Source of the DNA: a virus
Taxonomy: Duplodnaviria; Caudoviricetes
DNA length: 62,841 bases
Virus record (IMG/VR): IMGVR_UViG_3300046167_000691
Coordinates: 1-62,841 of that record
Direction: 5' to 3' (one strand)
Shown here: piece by piece, positions 30,186 through 43,800 of the stretch
Position numbering within the stretch: position 1 is the stretch's first letter
Layout of the letters: every line of letters begins with the position of its first letter
Notes under the pieces: model-generated
What the model was told of the DNA's origin: nothing
The model's database searches: none
The model's input: the letters and a program-made list of their open reading frames with translations, nothing else
Program-made: the position numbers and the translations under genes

Positions 30186-31776
30186 ATGGCAGCAAATATA
30201 GAACTTAAATACTTTAATACATTCTGGTTAAAAAAAATCAAGACTATAGCTAATGTTGCTCCTTGGCAAAACTGGTAATAACATTTCAAAGTCGATCTGG
30301 TGTTGTTTTTACAGTGTCCCCAGGTGTTACAGAAACGGAAGCTAATGTAGGGCAAGAAATAACTATGAGCTGGACTTTTAAACGGAAACGACTATACGTT
30401 TTCCACTACAATTATTAGCAGAGGGGCTGGAACTGTTACTACTTTTACTGTAGCCGAAGTTCCTTCCGTTCCGGTTACAGCTAATACCCCCATAGTTTTT
30501 TGGTAAGATAATAAATTTTGACAACATACCGCAAGCTTATAGCCCCACCCCTGCAAGTGACTGGCTAATAGAAGAGTCAAGAATACGAGGTGGATATAAT
30601 AATACATCTGTAGATTTTTGGCGTTAAAGCTTATATAGTGGAAGACGAACCTAAACAATCACATAAGTTTAGTGGGTTAATACATTCTGGTATATTTAAT
30701 TCTAGAACTGGTATAAACCAAACTAATCAGTTTAGTGTAGGTGAAGATATAACAAGGACTATAGATCCAGCTAACGGGTCTATACAAAAATTATATGCAG
30801 AAGACACTAACCTTATTATATTTCAAGAAAATAAAGTAAGTAAATCCTTAATTGATAAAGACGCTATATATTCAGCTGAAGGGAAATGCTAGTGTTACTA
30901 GTCGTAACTTAGTTATAGGACAAAATGTAGCGTTTGGAGGAGAGTATGGCATATAGTAAAGATCCAGAATCTTTTGCAGTTAATGGTTACAGAAAATACT
31001 TTACAGATAAAGATCAAAACGTAGTTTGCAGATTATCTATGGATGGCATTACTGTAATATCAAATTATGGAATGACTGATTACTTTAGAGACAAATTATC
31101 TACTTGCTACATCAGGAGGAATTAAAGCAGGTTGGGACGCTCATAATAAGCAATATGTAGTTTCGATTTACATCGGAAGTTTTTAGGTACAAGAGGTTCA
31201 ACAGTTGAAAACAATACTTTAGCTTTTGATGATACCGCAAAAGGGTGGACTAGTTTCTTTGATTATAATCCTAATCAATTAATAAGTTTAAATAATGATT
31301 ATTTTACGGCTAACTCTGGAAAATTATACAAACATTATACATTAGCTTCTAATACAACAGATAGATCTGTGTTTTATGGGATTACATATAATTCCAATGT
31401 AACCTTTGTGTTTAATGGAGCCCCGTCAACAGTTAAAAACTTTCAAACTATAAATTACGAAGGATCTGATGGCTGGCGAATGGAAAGCTTTTCTACCAAT
31501 ACTGATACAGCTTTGCCTGTAACGGAATCGGTATTTGTTACTAGCCTACAACAAATGCAAAACGCTCTGTTAATAAACAGATTTAAAGCTAAAGAAGATA
31601 AATACTATGCAGATATTGTAAACAGTACTCCTTCTCAAAGTGGCGAGGTTGTTTTTGGATCTTCTTCTTCTGGGGTAAAAGGATTTTTTGGAGAAATTAA
31701 AATGGAAATAAATAATAAAAATGCAGGTAAAAGAGAATTATTTGCAGTAAGCACAACTTTTGTGCAATCATCTTAA
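30186..31776 (+). CDS. Tail stabilization protein, second part (frameshifted)
   Basis: SGIFNSRTGINQTNQFS, GSIQKLYAEDTNL, KNFQTINYEGS, ELFAVSTTFVQSS. Confidence 0.6.
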
Positions 31777-31786
31777 ATCAAATTAA

Positions 31787-32251
31787 ATGAATAATGAATT
31801 ATCAATTAATTTTATAAAACAGTTAGAAGTATTACAGAATGTGCTTATAGAAAGCAACGAAGAAGGAGTGTATGGGGATGGTAAAAATTTAGTTAACAAT
31901 GAAGAATTTCCAATAACTAATAATTTTACCAACGGACTGTACATGCGCCAAATGAAAATGAAAGCTGATACCATGGTTATAAGTGCTATACATCATACAA
32001 ATCATTTTTGGTTTTTATTATCTGGTAAAGTTATAGTGCAAGCTGACAATGAAACTGTAGAGCATATAGCTCCATGTTGGTCGTACTCCTTAAAAGGAAC
32101 TAAAAGATTAATTAAGTGTGTAGAGGATTGCGTTTGGATAAATATAATAGCTAATCCTACGGACACAAGAAATATAGAAGAGGTAGAGAATAATTTCTTT
32201 TCCTTTACAATGGAAGAATATAATAAAAAAGAAAAGTTATGGCAGGAGTAG
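31787..32251 (+). CDS. Cupin-like protein
   Basis: GLYMRQM...IHHTNHFWFLLSGKVIV...GTKR. Confidence 0.7.
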   Translation: MNNELSINFIKQLEVLQNVLIESNEEGVYGDGKNLVNNEEFPITNNFTNGLYMRQMKMKADTMVISAIHHTNHFWFLLSGKVIVQADNETVEHIAPCWSYSLKGTKRLIKCVEDCVWINIIANPTDTRNIEEVENNFFSFTMEEYNKKEKLWQE

Positions 32252-33303
32252 TATTAGCCGCCGGAATAGGAGCGGCAACTAGTTTAATCGGCGGATTTAT
32301 TGGAGGCAGAAAGGCTAAAAAAGCAGCAAGGCAAGCTAAAGCCGAAAGAGATAGAATAAATGGTGCAATAAAAGCTTTTGAACAAAACAGACAAGCTGTT
32401 ATTAATCCTTACTCGGATGTTAAGTCTTTAGCCGGTTTAGCAACTGATCTTAGCGGGGAAATGTCTAATCCTTATGCAAACCTAGGGGTTGCGACTAGCG
32501 CTGCTGAAATAAAAATGGAACAAACAGATTTAGCATTAGCTGCAACTTTAGACACTTTACAATCAACGGGAGCAAGTGCAGGAGGAGCAACTGCTTTAGC
32601 TAATGCCGCAGCAAGAAGTAAAAAAGATGTAGCAGCGGACATTGAAAAACAGGAAGCTCAAAACGAAAAGTTATCTGCACAAGGTGAAGCAGAGTTACAA
32701 TCAAAACAATTAGCTGAAAAAGCAAGAATACAAAGTATACAGATATCTGAAGGAGGTAGAGCACAAATGGCACAAGCGCAAGGTAAATCTTTTGAATTCC
32801 AAGCGCAAGAAGGAAGAGATCAAGCTACTCTTGACAGAATGGCGGCTGGGCTTTCGCAATCTAATGCAAACATAGCTAATGCTAATGCGGCACAAGCGGC
32901 TAACACAGCAGCTATGATAGGCGGTGTTGGTGATATTGCTGGAGCGGTGATTGGAGCTGGAGGATTTGGTGGAGGCAACGAAACACCAATAACTTCAGTT
33001 ACACCTCCTGCAGCAACAACTGTGGTACAGGATACGAGTTCAACCCAACCTTCAGGAGTGAGCAACATGGGAAGCATGGGAACAGGTAGTGACAGAAGAT
33101 TAAAAAAGAACATTAAAAAAATAGGTAAATCATCTAACGGATTAAATATATATTCATTTGAATATATAGATAAATCTTACGGAGAAGGCACTTACCAGGG
33201 GGTTATGTCCGATGAAATACCTAAAGACGCAGTAATTAAGGGAGCTGATGGATTTGATAGGGTAGACTATTCTATTATAGACGTTGAATTCAAAAAAATA
33301 TAA
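32239..33303 (+). CDS. Ejection/pilot protein with C-terminal S74-like domain
   Basis: G/A-rich hydrophobic N-terminus, coiled coil, SDRRLKKNIKKIG...YQGVMSDE...VDYS. Confidence 0.7.
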   Translation: MAGVVLAAGIGAATSLIGGFIGGRKAKKAARQAKAERDRINGAIKAFEQNRQAVINPYSDVKSLAGLATDLSGEMSNPYANLGVATSAAEIKMEQTDLALAATLDTLQSTGASAGGATALANAAARSKKDVAADIEKQEAQNEKLSAQGEAELQSKQLAEKARIQSIQISEGGRAQMAQAQGKSFEFQAQEGRDQATLDRMAAGLSQSNANIANANAAQAANTAAMIGGVGDIAGAVIGAGGFGGGNETPITSVTPPAATTVVQDTSSTQPSGVSNMGSMGTGSDRRLKKNIKKIGKSSNGLNIYSFEYIDKSYGEGTYQGVMSDEIPKDAVIKGADGFDRVDYSIIDVEFKKI

Positions 33304-33304
33304 A

Positions 33305-34870
33305 ATGAGTTATAGAAATCCACAAATAATACAAGACAGGTCTGGCGAGATTTTAGCTAAAGGAATTAGTCAAGCAACAAGTTCTATTGCTAAGGGAATA
33401 CAAACTTTAGGAGCTAAACGGGAAGCTGAAAGAAAAAGAAAAATTGCAGAAGATAAGCAGTTCCGAAAAGATAGCATGAAAATAGCTAGACAGAAAGCGG
33501 CGGATAGTAGTACAACTAATAAAAATCTTGCAAAACTAAGCGGTAATATAGATGGACTCAAATATACGCTTAAATATTATGGAGACATTAGTGGTGAGGC
33601 TAAAGTAAGGGGAGTACAGGGAACTTCAACTTCGGAAGATGAGAATACAATTACCTATGCTCAGGGAGAAATGGATAAACTAAATTCAGGCATAGAATTA
33701 ACACTAGGATATGCGGGAACATCTAATATAGAAAATCCTTTAGAAGCAGGAAATGGACAGTATATAAAAGAGGATGAAAATGGGAGTATTGCCGCTAATA
33801 GAGCTTTTCATTTTGGCCTTAAAAGTGCGGAAGGTTTTTCTATTGAATATCCTAAAAAAATAGTTGATGGTAAAGTTCAACAATATGTTAAAGCCACAGA
33901 TTCCGATGGCAATTCCTACGAAAAAACTTGGGATGACTACACGGCAAGTTTAAGAGAGGGGGGCTACGTTGTAACATTTCCAAGCGTACAAGTGGAACTT
34001 ATGGAAGAGCAGTCTGAAGCATTGTATGATAAAAAAGGTAATTTTTTAAATAATCTTACCATGGAGCAAGATGAAAAAACTATAATGGAAAACGGTTTTG
34101 AAAATAAAAAAGATTTTCAAGATAAATCAAAAGTTTCCGCTGTAAATGATAAGGGAGAAGAAATTATTGAAAATAGGCAATACTTAAATAAATTAAGTAT
34201 ACAACAGGCTAGAGAAAGATTAACAGATACAACTTTTTCAAAAGTTACTTATGCAGCTGCAACTAATAAACAAGCTTTAAGTAGAGCATTAATTGATCTT
34301 AATATTTATGATTCAGTGGGGCCTATAGGAGCCGATCAGTGGTTGGCAGAAGACATGACTGATGAGATGAAAAAGGAGGCTATTGAAAGAAGTACTAATA
34401 AAACGTGGGAAACCACACGTATTAAAAAAGATTCAGAAGGAAGGTATTACAGAGTCACTAGCTCTTATTCTCCTGAATCTCCTGAGTCTTCTGATACTCC
34501 AAGTGCGGCAGAACAAACTCTTGCGGCTTATAATGAATTTTCTAATAACATAAATACTCAATTAGATAAATCTACAAAAGAAACTTTTGGAAATGCCGTG
34601 AAAGAAATTGTTAGCCTAGCAAGTACTTATGGTAAACACACTATAGAAGATGTTCAATATGGACCTAACTCTCTTACTATTAAAACTAATACAGTTAAAC
34701 AAGCAGGAGTGACAGATAATACCTATGTTGAAATAGATATACCCTATAATGACGCCGCTAAAATAGGAGAGCTAATAGCAAAGGCTGGATATAAAAAGCT
34801 TGGGTATGCTAATGCTGAAGCTAAAAAAATTGTACAAAAATATAATGCACTCAATAAAAATAAAAATTAA
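33305..34870 (+). CDS. Internal virion/ejection protein
   Basis: MSYRNPQII start; lies between the pilot and giant proteins. Confidence 0.65.
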   Translation: MSYRNPQIIQDRSGEILAKGISQATSSIAKGIQTLGAKREAERKRKIAEDKQFRKDSMKIARQKAADSSTTNKNLAKLSGNIDGLKYTLKYYGDISGEAKVRGVQGTSTSEDENTITYAQGEMDKLNSGIELTLGYAGTSNIENPLEAGNGQYIKEDENGSIAANRAFHFGLKSAEGFSIEYPKKIVDGKVQQYVKATDSDGNSYEKTWDDYTASLREGGYVVTFPSVQVELMEEQSEALYDKKGNFLNNLTMEQDEKTIMENGFENKKDFQDKSKVSAVNDKGEEIIENRQYLNKLSIQQARERLTDTTFSKVTYAAATNKQALSRALIDLNIYDSVGPIGADQWLAEDMTDEMKKEAIERSTNKTWETTRIKKDSEGRYYRVTSSYSPESPESSDTPSAAEQTLAAYNEFSNNINTQLDKSTKETFGNAVKEIVSLASTYGKHTIEDVQYGPNSLTIKTNTVKQAGVTDNTYVEIDIPYNDAAKIGELIAKAGYKKLGYANAEAKKIVQKYNALNKNKN

Positions 34871-34873
34871 CTT

Positions 34874-37800
34874 ATGTATACATATATCATAGACGATAAA
34901 AAAGTAACATTTAAAAATTGGGACGAAGTCTCTTCCGCTTTAGATGAAGCAGAAAAAAATGGATTAACCGCTGAATATGTTGATTATGAAGAAGGTTTGG
35001 ACGGGCCTAAAACGGAGGAACAAACAAAAGCCGCCGAAGAAAAAAGTATTATACCAAAAGCTCCTTTTCTACCAGATGCTGCAGAGAGTGCGGATGTAGT
35101 GTCGAAGACTCAAGCACAAGATACGGACTCACGATCGGAAGACTCTTCTTCGGGTTCACGATACATAAGATTTAAAAGCGGTACAATAATATACGAGGAT
35201 GACTATGTACAAAACTATGCTGATACGGAAAATTATCCCAAGTCATTTGATGACTACGCTTTAAAATTCGGTGGCAAAGTTCAAAAGGTAGAAGAATCAG
35301 TTGTTGAGGGAGGTGAACTTGATCCCGTTTATATCAGCGCAGGACCTCAATCTTATGTTGCTGAATTAGAAGGACTAAACGAATTCGGAGAAATTACAGA
35401 CGGTCAAGTAACGATAGATTATGATAGCTTAGCAAAAGAAAACGGTTTTGAAAGTGCAGCGGAGGCTTATGCAGAAACCGAGCCAAAAAGAGAAATGCTA
35501 AATGTATTTGAACCTAATAATGTAATTACCGATAGAAAAGGTAATGTAACCACTAGATTCAAATATGTAGAATATGAGGATGATACACCTGAAAAGAAAA
35601 AATATTTACGCGAACAGAAAGAAGCTACAGACTATGCAGTAAAATTAGCTCTTAACAATACCGAATTTTCTACAAATGATATTACTGATGTAAACACCTT
35701 TAATAAAGAAGTTTTTAATCCTGAGTATCTTTCAGAGCAGGCTAAATATTTGGAAAAAGCACTGCCTCAACTTAATTTATATCAAGCAGAGCTTGCGGCT
35801 TCTAATTATAATAATGCTAAGTTGCAACTGCTAAAAAATAAAGAGCTAGACGAGAGTGAAGAAGCTATTAATATTCTGCAAGAAGATAAGAAGTATACAG
35901 CAGTTATGAATCTTTATGAGTCTGAAGCTCTTAATAATTTACCTAAAGCCGGAAAAGAATTAGGTGTTGCGAAAAATAAACTTGAAGAAGCAAAAACTAA
36001 TTTAAAAACAATTGATCCTAACGCGAGGGCTATTGATTATACTACGCAAGTAAGAAAAATTAACGACTATAAAGAACAATTACAAAAAGCTATTGAGGCT
36101 TACAGTAATCAAACGCCTTTTGATTATGATAGTGAGGGTAACTTTAAATTAAAAGATCCAGAGGTTCCTATTATAACAGATCTTGATTATAACATATTAA
36201 CTCCTCAGGAAGTAGAAATTGCTAAAAGTAACGGGCAAACTCTTCTTATTGAAAATGAAAGGTATAAATATAATTTAGATAGAGCTTCGCAATGGAATGA
36301 TCGTGAAACTATAAAAAACAATTTTCTTTTAACTAGCATTGATAATAATAAATACACTGCAAAAGGCAAAGAAATTTATTATATTAAAACTACATCACCA
36401 TTATCAGATCCTCAGTTAGCCGGATTTGCAGATACACTTGAAGAAGATTCACCTACTAATTTGGAATACCTGGGTTACACTAAGTCCGGGGAACGTTTTT
36501 CAAAACGGCGTAAAAAAGATGGAGAGTATAGAGCTTATACGCTTAGAGAAATATCTAATGCTATCAATGAAGGAGATTGGAGTATAGATAGAATTAAATT
36601 TAAAGATGGCAAACCTGAAGGCTTTAACACCGATAGGGACTTTTCTAGGTTTAGTATGAATTATGCTGACACAAAAATGATGCTACCTATAGTTACTGAT
36701 ATGTACGTGCTAGGGCTGGATCCGGGTACACAAGGTGAAGATACCGCTATAAATATGGCTGGAGCTTTTACTGATGAACTATTAGAAAATTCTTGGGGTT
36801 TATTTGGAGATGGATTGGAAACTATAAGAGAAAAGAAAGATGCTCAAAGATTTACACTTGGAAAAATAGGGTTGCCAGAAACAGAGTCAATGAAAAAATC
36901 TTTTGAAAGAGGATTTATGATGAGACTTAGCGAGAGTGCAGGGGCATTCGTGCCTGTTTTAGGGGAATTTAGTGTTGCTACCGCTTTAACAGGAGGGGTT
37001 GGCAATGTATTAGGAACTGGTAGATTTATAAAAACAGCATTTTCAGGGGGTAAAAATTTAGGTAAAGCGGCGCAGGGTGCTTGGAAATCTAGCTATTGGG
37101 GGAAAAATCCTAGAGCTGCTAAATTTGCTGCTCACATGTTAAAATTTGGTGAAGAGGAAATAAAGTTTTCAATGGTAGCCCGGGGCGAGAACACTCTTGG
37201 CTCAGGTGGCGCTTTTTACTTAGGCGGTCTACTAACGCAAAGACTTGTTCCATTTAGATTTAATACAAAATATGATTGGGCTAATCCTGCTAATAAATTC
37301 TTAGAAAAGATTGTTCTAACCGGAGTGGGAGGTGCTAGTTCTTCAGAACTTTCTCATTTATCAGAAGCTTTTTATAAAGAATTCACAGGGGATAAATCTC
37401 TTAAAACTTCTATGGACGAATTTTGGGGAGACAACTCAGAAACTATGACTAGATGGTCTATTAACTTAATGCAATTTTCGTTTTTAGGTGGTACTAAAAT
37501 GAAAACATGGGATTGGGTAGCTGAGTCAACTGTTCAAAAGCTTAACAATAAATTTGTTAGACAAAGAAATAAAGCTTTAAGTGAAGGTAAAGATGTTGAA
37601 AAACTAAACCAAAAAATATACGAAACGGATAAAATTTTAGAATTAGGTAAAACTGAAGTTCAAAAATCTGATGTGATGGCGTTGCAAGAGGAAATTAATA
37701 AAATTGAAAAAGACGTAAATTCAGGTAAACTAAGTTATTCAGAGCGCCAAGACGCTATGAACAGAAGAATTGCTAATGAAAAGCAAATAGAAAAACTTCA

Positions 37801-40800
37801 GACAGAATTTAAAAATAAGCAACCATATTTTAAAAAGGAATTTGGAGTAAATCTTGTATTTGGAGAAGTTCCGGGTTCCAGAGGTGAGCTGAGCCCAGAT
37901 GGCAAAACCCTTACTATAGATAAAAATAAATTAAGCGAGGGTGTATTACAGCATGAGATGGGACATTGGGCTATGATAATGTCAGGCCGAAAAAATGGGT
38001 TAGTTGATAAAATGTATGAATCTATTTATAGCAGAGTTGAGGATGCTATTAAAGCTACTCAACTTAGAGGGGATCTACAATTAGCAGAAACTAATGATGC
38101 TCAAGGCAATCCTCGTAAAACAAGTACCTTGCAACAAGTATTGGAGGCTAAATATGGTAAAAACAATAAAGTTCTTAAAGAAGAATTTATAATGTTTTCT
38201 ATAGAGTTTATGAAAAATAATAAATCTTTTTCTAACGCTTTACTAAATAGAGGTGTAATTCAGTCTGTATATAAAGATTTAGCTGTGTTTGCTAATAATA
38301 AAGGTATTAATTTTGGTAAAAAACCTATTAACCTAAATAATGGAAGTAAAGATAATAGAGCTGATGCCGTAATAGACTTATTATACAAAATGGCTAATGC
38401 TAAGGGGCAAGGATATAAAGAAAACGTAAAAGCTTTAGGTGGAGTTGCGGTAGATAAAAATGGAGTGTATAGCACGGCTTCAGGAGAGAAGCTTTTGGAT
38501 CAAAAGCAATTAAAATCTCGTGAAATACAAGAAGAGCAAAGCCCGGAATATAGAAAGTTAAAAGCAAAAAGGGACGCTAATAATCAGAAAATTATAGATT
38601 TTTACGAAGAAAATAAAACCACACAATCTCGTGAAACTCTAGCGGAGGATTTAAATTTTCAATTTTTAGATCATGTTAAATTCCATGCTCGTAAAGCTCT
38701 TACTTTAGCTAATCAAGGTAAATTTCCTACTGAGTCTGAAATATACGAAGCAGCAACCGCTTATATATACGGGCTTCCTACAATGGGCCAGCCCGGAGGT
38801 AAAACTTTAGCAGAAAAAGCTATCATGCCTTTTTTTAGAGGGCAAGATATAATAGCCGCTATTAAAAGAGATAACCTTTCTGTAGAGCAAACTATTGGTT
38901 TACTAAAACAAGGTAGTATTCCTACTGGAGCGAAGACTTATGAGGATGCAGCTAAGGATCTTCACGATATGGCAACAGGTAAAAAACCGGAAGCTAGTAT
39001 AATTACCTATGTTAATAATGCTATTAAAGTTCAGCTTTTACCTGATGTTATAAAAAATAAGATACAGGAAGATCAATATGTAACTACTGCAGACACTCAG
39101 CAGTTGGAATATTTTGCTGAACAAATGAGTGAATACGGAGAAGGGGAAGTGTTTTCAGAAAAAGATGTCAAAGACTTTAAAGAAGCTGCTACGGTTGATA
39201 AAAAAGATGAGGGTTACGATGGATCCGGAGCTGCTAAGCGTAGAACCCGTGATTCTGCAATGAACATACTTAATATTAAACCTGAGACGCGAAAGAAGGT
39301 TAAAGATATAGTAGTAGATAAAATTGAAAACGAGCCAATAGAAGGCTTAGATGCTTTTAGCGTGGGTACTATGAACTTTGGAAAAGGAAAAGTATTTGAT
39401 ATAGAAGTGCCTACCGAGCCTAATCGAGCTAACGCGTTCGGTCCTGATGGTGTTAAAATAGAATTTAAAGGCATAAGAAAACCAGCAGATATATTTGAAA
39501 AGATTATAAAAATTATAAAAAAGGATCTTACTAACGATATAATAGATCAGACTAAAACCCCTGAGCAAGTAACAGAAGCTAAGGCTGAGATGGAAAGAAT
39601 TTTAAATTTAAAATTTAAAAGAGATGTTGGCTATGAAAAAGAACCTACTAGATTATTTAGAGTTGGGTTAGAAAGAAAAGCAGAAGCTGATTTGTATCAA
39701 GACATAAGGGCTGAGATGGGAGAAGTAGGGTCTGAAGCGAATCTTAGATGGCTAGCTAAGGCTAGAGCCTTAATGGATAACTACATTGATTTAAGCCAAA
39801 TAACAAAACGATTTGATTTAGATGTACTCTACGAAAAAGTATACAAGCTAGATGCACAAGGCGAACCAGTATTAAATGCTAAAGGTCAAAAAGTGCAAGC
39901 AAGAAGTGGTGAGCGTGCTTCAGGAAATTTACTATTTAAAAAGAGAGCTATATCAGCAAAAGAATATTTTGATTATTTTAAAGACAACGTCGTTAGGCAA
40001 GAATCTTTAGCTAAAGCATTAGCTAGAGAATTTGCGTTTGATCAAATAGTGGATGTTCTTAAATCTGATACAATTAAAAAAATTGCTCTTAAGGAAGGCC
40101 AAGAAATTACTACTATTGACATGGAAAAAGGATCTGAAATTTTCAGGGAAGACATGTTCAAACATATTAGAAGAGGTAGCAATATAGAAAAACTTTATAG
40201 TAAAGAAATTCAAGCTAGCGCGGAAAAAAGGCAAATATCCGAAAAAGACTTTAAGAAAGGACTTAGAGATTCTATTTTTCAACTTAATAATGCAGGTTGG
40301 GAATCCCTAGATTATGTACAAAAAAGTTTTATTAATGATGTTATTCGTGCAGAAATGGTAGGAGAGGTTGCTAATCTACGTGCTACTTTAAAGAAAGACG
40401 CACAAGATAGGCTAATTAAAGATAAAGATAAAGTTGATAATCATTTTGAAAATTTAAATAAAGAAGAATTTGAAAAAAGACAGAAAGGTGTTATGTATGG
40501 AATTAAAACACTTTTTGGGGAAATATTTAATGAAACATTAAATAAAGTTGCTAAAAGTCGCGGAGGCAATATTTCTACTGGAGAATTTTTAAATTCTAGA
40601 ATTTTAGGTGCAAATGATATAAAAGTAGGTTTAAATTTAGGTCTTAAAAATTTATATGAAATTGAAGGAAGAGAGGGGAAAAATTATGGAATTAAAAATG
40701 CTGATGAATTATATAAATCATCTAGCAAATCCGATGCTGCAGAATATTTTGAGCCTGGAACATTAGAAAACTTAAAAACTAATACAGAGCTTAATAATTT

Positions 40801-43800
40801 ATTAAACGATGCCAACACAAAAATAAAGGAAGCAGATAAACTAGCTAAAACTTGGTATGAAAAATCCGGAATGAAGTATGAAGTTTCTAAAGTAACTTTG
40901 GACCAAAACTCTGAAGTAGCAAGAACTGAATTATTTCGTGAGTCAGATAAACTTAGAATAGAACAACCTAAGTTATCTACCTCAAAACACGCTAACATTC
41001 TTTTTAAAAGAATGACAGCAAAAATTGGTAAAGAAGGTGTTAACGCATTGATAGCAGAAAGTAATGCATTACAGGCTACCCAAAGGGCGGTATTATATAC
41101 TATGGGCTTATTAGGGGAAAATGTAAAAGGCAAAAAAGGAAATGATGCAATAAAAACGATGCTTTACATGATGTCAGAAAATAATCTGCAGGGTTCAAGA
41201 AAAATGGCTCCTGAGATATGGTATGATTTTAATACTATTTATGAAGCCAGCAGTCGTAATAAACAAGGAAAAATTACTAAAAAAACTATTAATAAAATTG
41301 ACAAACCTATAGGTAATGAACATCTGTTACCTAGAGCTGCTTATTGGAGAAAAGTGTTCCAAGCATATAACAGTAAAAAACTTACAGATAACTCCGTGTT
41401 AGATGCTTTAGTAGGTGGGTACGAAAGTATGATAAGTAAAAAGGAGTTTCAAAATTTATCGGATGCTCTTACAATACCTAATACATGGACAGGCAAAACT
41501 TTAATAAAAGATGCTCCGGTGCCTTTTTTAGGTAAATTACTAATAGCTACTACTCCTGGTAAAAGTTTAAATAAAGCCGCTTGGAAAAGAGTATTAGGTG
41601 ATAATGGCGGTATAAATATGAAAGATCTTAATAGATTAAATAATATAAGAAAACTTGATGGAACCACCGCTTTACAGCAATGGGGTAAGGATTTGATAGC
41701 TAATTTTGAAAGTAGCTTAGTTAAGCAATCTATAGATGCCGCATATTCTAACAAACTTTTAGCTAAAAACTTGAGATTGCCAGAAGGCGCTAATGGAAAA
41801 CAAATGGTTGGAGCGCTTAGGCCATCATTTAAATCCAAAGAAATTCAGGAGCAAGGAGAAAGCTACAAAGAGTATAAAGAAAGAAAACAAACGCCTAAGG
41901 GTAAGCTATTAGAAAAAGAGTTAGCTACTATGATAGAAAGAAAAGGAGGTGCTCCTGCAGAAGCTACAGTGTCTGATTCAAAAGCTTTTATGGAAGGTAA
42001 AAAAAGGTGGGATGATTTATTTATTCCTTCTAATTCTATGGATTTTCGGGATTTTCTTTACAAAGGTTATGGAAAAGGCAAGCAAGGAGATGCTGATATG
42101 GCGTTTATGGAGGAACATGTTTTAAGACCATTAACTCGAGCTGAAAATGCACTTAGTGTTTATAGAATGAAATTAGCCGAAGACTATGCAGCTTTAGAAA
42201 CTCAAATTAAAGCAATGGGTGAAACTAAACCAGAAAAAGAAGCAGCAAAGCGAGTTGAAAAACTTGGTTACAATATTGATCAAGCAGTCCGTGTGTATAT
42301 ATGGCAATCGTTAGCTATGGATATACCGGGAATATCATTAGCTGAAAAATCTCAGTTAACGGGTGCAGTAATGTCTTCTCCAAAATTAAGAGCCTATGCA
42401 AAAGGAATAATGGATATAACTAAAACTAAAGAAAAATATCCTGAACCTAGTGCTAACTGGTTTAGAAGTAATGTACAATATGATTTATTCACACACGCAA
42501 CAGATGGTGTACGTGCGGATTTCTTATATGAATGGCAAGAGAATGTTGACGCCATGTTTACTAAAGAAAATTTAAATAAATTAGAATCTAGATTTGGTAG
42601 TAAGTATAGATATAACTTAGAGCAAATGCTTACGCGTATAGCAAAAGGAAAGTCAAGACCGGAAAGTACTAATGATTCTTTTAATACTACTCTTAATTAT
42701 ATTAATGGATCAGTTGCAACTATTATGTTTTTAAACATGAGATCCGCTGCTCTGCAAACTATATCTGCGGCTAACTATGTAAATTGGACAGACAACAACC
42801 CTATAGAAATAGCTAAAGTTATAAGTAAAAATCCTAAACTTTTTATACAAACAGCTAAAAAAATATGGTCTTCCGATGCATTACGTGATAGACGTACTGG
42901 ATTAAAAATTAATGTTCAGGAAGCTGAAATGGCTAAAGCTATGAAGCAAGGAGGAAGAACTGCCGCACAAGAAATATGGGATCAAATGATCAAAATAGGA
43001 TTTAAGCCTACACAGATGGCGGATAGTTTTGCTATTGTTATGGGTGGAACACCTTTCTATATGAACAGAATGAAAACGTATGAGAAAGAAGGTTTGAGTA
43101 AGAATGAAGCCGCTGACAAAGCTTGGGAAGATTTTCTAGACAAAACACAAGAAGGACAGCAATCGTCTCAAATGGATCGTATAAGCAATATACAGACAGG
43201 TTTAATGGGAAGATTGGTTTTTTCATTTAATAATACCCCCTTCCAAATGTCTAGACTACAAAAGAAAGCGTTTTTGGATTTAAAAAATAATAGAGGAGAC
43301 AAGAAAACTAATGTATCTAGAATGGCATATTATGGTCTTGTACAATCTTCATTATTTTATGGCTTACAGCAAGCATTTTACAGTACTGTAATGACCGATG
43401 ACGAAGAGCTGAGTGAAAAAGAGAAAGCTGAAAAGTACACTATGTATGAAAAGCGACTAGATAAACTAGGTAGAAGTGTGTGGCAAGGTATATTAACAGG
43501 GTCAGGATTACCAGGCAAGCTTAGCGTAATGGGATATAATACCGCATTAGAGGCAGCTACTCAATATAAAAAAGGATATCAAGGGTCTGATTTTTTCCCT
43601 ATATTATCTCAAATATTATCTGTATCCCCTACGCTTGGAAGTAAAGTAAATAGATTAGGTAGAAACTGGAAAAGTCTTATCATGGCTGAAAAAACAAAAA
43701 AAGGCATAGAATTTGGAAATACATTTAATACTTTAGATCCTCGTAATCCTAATAATAAAGCTTACATATCTATGGTTGGTACAATTACTAATATACCTTT

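Noticed and set aside
23500-31370. Stop-codon reassignment or programmed frameshifting as the cause of fragmented ORFs
   Set aside because: Breaks are frame changes of mixed type, not one recurrent in-frame stop. All three stops terminate genes elsewhere and no suppressor tRNA is seen.
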